NCBI GenBank assembly: GCA_041586155.1
Contig: JBFHAT010000005.1
Location: 10,520 to 74,519, forward strand
Length of the DNA stretch: 64,000 nucleotides
Source: Acidimicrobiia bacterium
GTDB taxonomy: Bacteria; Actinomycetota; Acidimicrobiia; Spongiisociales; JAENVV01
Direction of reading: 5' to 3'
Under the pieces are notes generated by a model that had not been told where the DNA came from, searched no databases, and saw only the letters and a list, made by a program, of their open reading frames with translations. The translations under genes and the position numbers were made by a program. Shown here piece after piece: positions 57,913 to 64,000 of this stretch; position 1 is the stretch's first letter; every line of letters begins with the position of its first letter.

Positions 57913-58770
57913 TCATTCGGCTCTGCGCTCGGCTGCCGAGACGGTGTTGTCCATGAGCATGGCAACCGTCATCGGCCCGACTCCACCAGGAACCGGGGTG
58001 ATGGCGCCGGCCACCTCCACGACCGACTCGAAGTCGACGTCACCCACGAGCCGGTTGTCGTCGGTGCGGTTGATGCCGACGTCGATCACGGTGGCGCCTG
58101 GCTTGATGAAGTCGGCGTTGATCAGCCTCGGCACACCCACGGCTGCGACGACGATGTCGGCGCGGCGGGTTTCGGCGGCGAGGTCGGCGGTGCGCGAGTG
58201 AGCCAAGGTCACGGTGGCGTCGGCGCCGCGGGCACCCAGCAACAGCCCCAGGGGACGCCCCACCAGAAAGGACCGCCCGACCACGACGGCATTGTTCCCC
58301 CGTACCTCGATGCCATGGTGCGACAGGATTCGCATGACGCCCCGAGGTGTACACGGCGCCAGCACCGGCCGATCGAGCACGAGCAGGCCCAGGTTGTACG
58401 GGTGGAGTCCGTCGGCGTCCTTGCGCGGATCCATCAGCTCGGTGATGGCTTCGGAGTCGAGCCCGGATGGAAGCGGAAGCTGCACGAGGATGCCATCGAC
58501 GCGGGAGTCGGCGTTGAGGCTCCTGATGAGCTGCTCGACATCGGTCTGCGACGCATCGGCCGGCAGTTCGTAGTGATAGGAGTTGATGCCCGTCTCTTCG
58601 GCCAGGCGCCGCTTGTTGCGCACGTATACGTGTGACGCCGGGTCATCACCCACCAACACGGTGGCAAGACCCACCGCGATCCCCCTCGCTCCCAAGGCGG
58701 CAACCCGCCGGCTCACGTCGTCCTTCACCGTCGCTGCGACGGTCTTGCCGTCGAGAATCTTCGCTGTCAA
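57913..58770 (-). CDS. folD: Bifunctional methylenetetrahydrofolate dehydrogenase/cyclohydrolase
   Basis: ILDGK N-terminus. VGDDPASHVYV...PGGVGPMT motifs. Confidence 0.9.
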   Translation of the reverse strand: MTAKILDGKTVAATVKDDVSRRVAALGARGIAVGLATVLVGDDPASHVYVRNKRRLAEETGINSYHYELPADASQTDVEQLIRSLNADSRVDGILVQLPLPSGLDSEAITELMDPRKDADGLHPYNLGLLVLDRPVLAPCTPRGVMRILSHHGIEVRGNNAVVVGRSFLVGRPLGLLLGARGADATVTLAHSRTADLAAETRRADIVVAAVGVPRLINADFIKPGATVIDVGINRTDDNRLVGDVDFESVVEVAGAITPVPGGVGPMTVAMLMDNTVSAAERRAE

Positions 58771-60287
58771 TGTAAGAAGTGCCTCCTGTGAGTGAACACC
58801 ATCGCCATGTCGTGTTCGTCGGCGGCGGCGACAACGGTTTCATCGCCCTTCGATCCTCCCGGCTGCACGACTGCGGTGACCCCGCCAGCGGCCAAGACAT
58901 CGATGCCGTCCGGGAACGGGAAGAACGCATCGCTGGCCGCTACTGCCCCGTCCGCCCGTTCCCCCGCCTTCGCCAGCGCCCGCTCGGCGGCGCCGACCCT
59001 ACTCTGATCGCCTGCTCCTATCCCGACGGCCAAGCCGTCTGCTACGACGACGATGGCGTTGGACTTGGTGTGGGCCGCCACCGTCCATGCGAATTCGAGA
59101 TCCGCATGCTCACGCTCGGTCGGATGCCTCAGAGTGACCGTCGTCGAACCCGCCAGGTCGAAGCCGACCTCGTCTCGCTGCTGGAGGAGGAACCCGCCAT
59201 CGACGCGTCGCCAATCCGGATCGTCGGTATGGGGCGCGCCGGCTTCGATGAGACGAAGATTGGTCTTGGCGGCCAGGCCCGCGGCGTCGACCACCTCCGG
59301 AACGACGATGATCTCGACGAAGCCGGCAGCCGCCAGCACATCGGCGGTGGCTGCATCGAGCGGTCGATTGAGTGCCACCACGCCGCCGAACGCAGAGAGC
59401 GGGTCGCAGCTCCAGGCGGCCGAAGCGGCATCCGCCAAGTTCGGGCGGATGGCAACACCGCACGGGTTGGCATGTTTGACGATCACGCAGGCCGGTTGGG
59501 CAAACGCCTGGACGAGCCGCCACGCCGCCTCGGCATCTGCGTAGTTGTTGAATGACATCGGCTTGCCCTGCAGCTGGCGCGCCGCCGACCACCAGCCGGC
59601 CGAGCCCTCCTGGCGGTACAAGCCGGCGGGCTGGTGCGGGTTCTCCCCGTACCGGAGCACGGCAAAGCGCTCGACAGCCAGCACTGCTCGTTCGGGAAGA
59701 TCTGGACCTCGCTCCATCCATTCGACGATGGCGGCGTCGTACCGCGCCGTGTGGAAGAAGGCGACCCGCGCCAGCCTCCGGCGAAGCTCGTCGGAGAGCC
59801 CTCCTGCGGCCACTGCGTCGGCCACTTCGTCGTACAGGTCGGGCGACGTCACCACTCCGACGCTTTGATGATTCTTGGCAGCGGCCCGGATCATCGTGGG
59901 TCCACCGATATCGATCTGCTCCACGATCTCAGATTCGGTCACCCCCGCCGTCGCCGCGGTGGCTTCGAACGGATACAGGTTGACGACCACGAGATCGAAC
60001 GGGGTGATGTCGTGCGACCGCAGCTCGGCCATGTGATCGGCATTGCCCTGATCGGCGAGGATGCCGGCGTGGATGCGGGGGTGCAGGGTCTTGACCCGCC
60101 CTCCGAGCATCTCGGGGGCGTTGGTGACGGACTCGACGCTGACGACCGGAAGACCGGCCTCGGCGAGGGTACGAGCGGTGCCGCCCGACGAGACCAGTTC
60201 GACACCCGCATCGACCAGCCGGGAGGCGAATTCGATCAGCCCCGCCTTGTCGAACACGGAGATGAGCGCCCGCCGGACCTCACCCAT
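58767..60287 (-). CDS. purH: Bifunctional AICAR transformylase/IMP cyclohydrolase
   Basis: ALISVFDKAGLIEFA MGS-like domain then AICARFT domain. 506 aa. Confidence 0.9.
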   Translation of the reverse strand: MGEVRRALISVFDKAGLIEFASRLVDAGVELVSSGGTARTLAEAGLPVVSVESVTNAPEMLGGRVKTLHPRIHAGILADQGNADHMAELRSHDITPFDLVVVNLYPFEATAATAGVTESEIVEQIDIGGPTMIRAAAKNHQSVGVVTSPDLYDEVADAVAAGGLSDELRRRLARVAFFHTARYDAAIVEWMERGPDLPERAVLAVERFAVLRYGENPHQPAGLYRQEGSAGWWSAARQLQGKPMSFNNYADAEAAWRLVQAFAQPACVIVKHANPCGVAIRPNLADAASAAWSCDPLSAFGGVVALNRPLDAATADVLAAAGFVEIIVVPEVVDAAGLAAKTNLRLIEAGAPHTDDPDWRRVDGGFLLQQRDEVGFDLAGSTTVTLRHPTEREHADLEFAWTVAAHTKSNAIVVVADGLAVGIGAGDQSRVGAAERALAKAGERADGAVAASDAFFPFPDGIDVLAAGGVTAVVQPGGSKGDETVVAAADEHDMAMVFTHRRHFLH

Positions 60288-60885
60288 CGCGTTTCCACGT
60301 GACCTTGCGACCTTCCACGCTCAATCGACCCTGGGCGAATGCGCGTATCACTTCGGGATAGAGGCGGTGCTCGACCTGCTGGATGCGGGCATGGAGCGAC
60401 TCGATGGTGTCTCCTTCGATGACCGGCACCGCCTCTTGGGCGATGATCGGACCATGATCGACGAGCTCGTCGACGAAATGGACCGTGACGCCCGTCATCT
60501 TGACTCCATGTGCCAGCGCTTCTCGCACCGCGTGGGCGCCGGGAAACGCCGGGAGCAATGCCGGATGGACGTTGATGATGGGGAAGCTGTCGACTGCGGC
60601 GGAGCTGAGAACCCGCATGAAGCCGGCGAGCACCAGCGCCTCGGCACCGGCTCGCTCGGCGGAGGCGATGATGGCGTCCGTGAAGGACGGACGATCGGGA
60701 AACGCCGACCATTCCACGACGTCCGCGGGAATCCCGGCTGCGCGGGCCCGGTCGAGGCCTCCGGCGTGCCGACGGTCTGCGATGACGACCACGATCTCGA
60801 TTTCGGCGACTGGATCGCTCCGCGCATGATCGATCAACGCCTGCAGGTTCGAGCCACTGCCGGAGACGAGGACGGCCACACGCAC
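60280..60885 (-). CDS. purN: Phosphoribosylglycinamide formyltransferase
   Basis: VLVSGSGSNLQAL; INVHPALLPAFPG; formyltransferase N-domain. Confidence 0.9.
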   Translation of the reverse strand: MRVAVLVSGSGSNLQALIDHARSDPVAEIEIVVVIADRRHAGGLDRARAAGIPADVVEWSAFPDRPSFTDAIIASAERAGAEALVLAGFMRVLSSAAVDSFPIINVHPALLPAFPGAHAVREALAHGVKMTGVTVHFVDELVDHGPIIAQEAVPVIEGDTIESLHARIQQVEHRLYPEVIRAFAQGRLSVEGRKVTWKRDG

Positions 60886-60938
60886 CGGACGATTGTAGGG
60901 CGCTCGTCCCCCGGGTCAGGGAACCAGCGGCGAGGTGG

Positions 60939-61861
60939 TCACCGGCCCAATGCTCGGAGCATGGCTGCCCCCATGTCGGTCGGTGTGGGCGCCACCACGA
61001 TGCCAGCCCTTTCGAACGCACCGATCTTGTCGGCTGCAGTCCCTTTGCCGCCTGAGATGATCGCCCCGGCGTGTCCCATCCGCTTGCCGGGTGGGGCCGT
61101 CGTACCGGCGATGAAACCGGCCACGGGCTTGTTCATGTGCTCGGCGACCCACTCGGCGGCTTCCTCCTCGGCGGTGCCACCGATTTCGCCGATGACGATC
61201 ACTCCCTCGGTGTCGGGGTCGTCGTTGAACATGCGCAGACAGTCGACGAAATTCGTGCCGTTCACCGGATCTCCTCCGATTCCGACTGCGGTGGTTTGAC
61301 CCAAGCCGTTGCTCGTCAGCTGGAAAACTGCTTCGTAGGTGAGGGTTCCCGAGCGGCTCACCACACCGATGCTGCCCGGGGTGTGAATGTACCCAGGCAT
61401 GATCCCGATCTTGCACTGCTGGGGAGTGATCACTCCAGGGCAGTTGGGTCCGACGAGGCGCACCGGCTTGTCCTCCAGGTAACGCTTGGCGACCACCATG
61501 TCGGCTACGGGAATGCCTTCCGTGATGCACACGATCAGCTCGATGCCCGCAGCCGCTGCCTCCATGATGGCGTCGGCGGCAAACGGCGGCGGCACGTAGA
61601 CGACGCTCGCGTTGGCCCCGGTGTCCGCCTTCGCCTCGGCGACCGACCGGTAGATCGGGACATCCACGCGGTATCGGTCGTCGCGCCCCTGTACGCCGCT
61701 GTGGTCGGTGTCACCTTCGAACGCCATGGTTGTCCCCGCCCGCGAGGGGTGAACGCCGGCCACCACGTTGGTCCCGTAGGCGAGTGCCGTGTCGGTGTGG
61801 AACTTGCCGGTCTTACCCAATCCCTGCACCAGCAGCTTGGTGTTCTTGTCAACCAGGACGC

Positions 61862-61865
<4 letters not shown>
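60939..61865 (-). CDS. sucD: Succinyl-CoA ligase subunit alpha
   Basis: CoA-binding domain plus ligase-CoA domain. Catalytic His region. 308 aa. Confidence 0.9.
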
Positions 61866-63081
<1,216 letters not shown>

Positions 63082-63085
<4 letters not shown>

Positions 63086-63489
63086 ACGTTCCTCGTAAAA
63101 CGTTCTTCGATGTGCTCGGCCACCCAATCGGCGATGTCACCGAGTGGCGCGCCGGGAGTGAAGATCGCGGCGAGACCAGCCTCGAGCAGCGGCTGGACAT
63201 CTTCGTCCGGGATGATGCCCCCACCGAACACGACGATGTCGTCCGCGTCACGCTCGCGCAGCGCTTCGACCACGCGGGGAAACAACGTCATGTGTGCGCC
63301 TGACAGCACCGAGAGGCCGATTGCGTCGACGTCCTCCTGAATGGCGGTCTCGGCGATCTGGTCAGGAGTCTGGTGAAGCCCTGAGTAGATGATCTCGTTG
63401 CCTGCGTCGCGCAGCGCCCGGGCCACCACCTTGGCGCCACGGTCGTGACCGTCGAGGCCAGGCTTGGCGATGAGGATTCGGCGCGGCAT
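63082..63489 (-). CDS. Cobalamin (B12)-binding domain protein (methylmalonyl-CoA mutase C-terminal domain-like)
   Basis: [27 protein letters not shown] (DxHxxG B12-binding motif). 135 aa. Confidence 0.75.
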
Positions 63490-63500
63490 CGACTGGGAGC

Positions 63501-64000
63501 CTAGCCCCGCTCCCCTCGACCCTCGTCGCCGAGCTTGACGAGAGGAGCCCACGCCAGAAGGAGCCGCTTTCGCCCGTGTCCGGCGAAGTCGATCTGCGCC
63601 TCGGCCGAAGCATCGCTGCCGGCAACCTCGACGACCACCCCGGTACCGAACAGGTCGTGTCGAACCCTGTCTCCGACGTCGATCTCCAATCCCGAAACGG
63701 TGGATCGGGGGCCGTCGGCCCTCTCTTTCGCCGGATCACGCAGTCGCTGGACCTTCTCGTAGGTGCCGTCTGGTAGCTCCGCCAGGAAACGGGAAGGAAA
63801 GTTCGAGTTCGACATTCCGAACATCGTCCTGGCGTCGGCATAGGAAAGAAACAGGTAATCCATCGCCCGCGTGATTCCCACGTAGCAGAGCCGCCGCTCC
63901 TCCTCGAGCTCCTCAGGGCTCCCGAGGCTGCGTTGATGAGGAAATACCCCTTCCTCCATGCCGACGATGAACACGACAGGGAATTCGAGGCCCTTGGCGT
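63501..64000 (-). CDS. pcrA: ATP-dependent DNA helicase PcrA/UvrD, C-terminal part (5' end beyond window)
   Basis: UvrD C-terminal motifs (LCYVGITRA; C-terminal Tudor-like tail). The ORF runs off the window end. Confidence 0.75.
   Translation of the reverse strand, partial: AKGLEFPVVFIVGMEEGVFPHQRSLGSPEELEEERRLCYVGITRAMDYLFLSYADARTMFGMSNSNFPSRFLAELPDGTYEKVQRLRDPAKERADGPRSTVSGLEIDVGDRVRHDLFGTGVVVEVAGSDASAEAQIDFAGHGRKRLLLAWAPLVKLGDEGRGERG

Overview
This is a high-GC actinobacterial chromosomal window. Gene order around pcrA-sucCD-purNH, whiB, sigE, a three-subunit sdhCAB, UPF0182 with an adjacent PDZ/Lon-like protease, and nrtR-nadABC points to Actinobacteria, possibly Acidimicrobiia-like. No rRNA, tRNA, CRISPR array or mobile element was found.

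The first ~21.6 kb is an accessory cell-envelope glycan island. It holds two SLH-domain surface proteins, two GT4 glycosyltransferases and three PAPS-type sulfotransferases. It also carries an ABC-2 exporter pair (Wzm/Wzt-like), a NodB polysaccharide deacetylase and a DegT-type sugar aminotransferase. A Wzz-like co-polymerase with a degenerate kinase domain and a TSUP/TauE permease are present too. The island contains the hydrolase-1/hydrolase-2/FemAB-like/ACP cassette that otherwise accompanies exosortase (PEP-CTERM) systems, yet no exosortase is visible. Unusual SGNH-like esterase paralogs and a lysine-less lipoyl-like protein sit alongside it. This island is the best candidate for an undescribed system: a sulfated, acyl- or aminoacyl-decorated surface glycan, possibly the SLH-anchoring wall polymer.

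The remaining ~42 kb is mostly housekeeping. It includes UPF0182, DivIVA-like, YlbL and BioY; an acyl-CoA ligase followed by a Liv-type ABC operon; MoaE; sigE with its anti-sigma and a MucB-like gene; TatA and WhiB. After those come sdhCAB, malate dehydrogenase, nrtR with nadABC, icd, folD, purHN, sucCD, a B12-binding domain protein and a partial pcrA. Downstream of sdhB are two tandem TadE-like/TadG-like modules with no tad secretion genes, separated by an SCP2 gene. The first TadG-like protein carries an HELGH zincin motif. A 21-bp palindrome fitting an NrtR operator sits at the nadA 5' end. Three AT-richer hairpins or palindromes share a CATTGTGG core.
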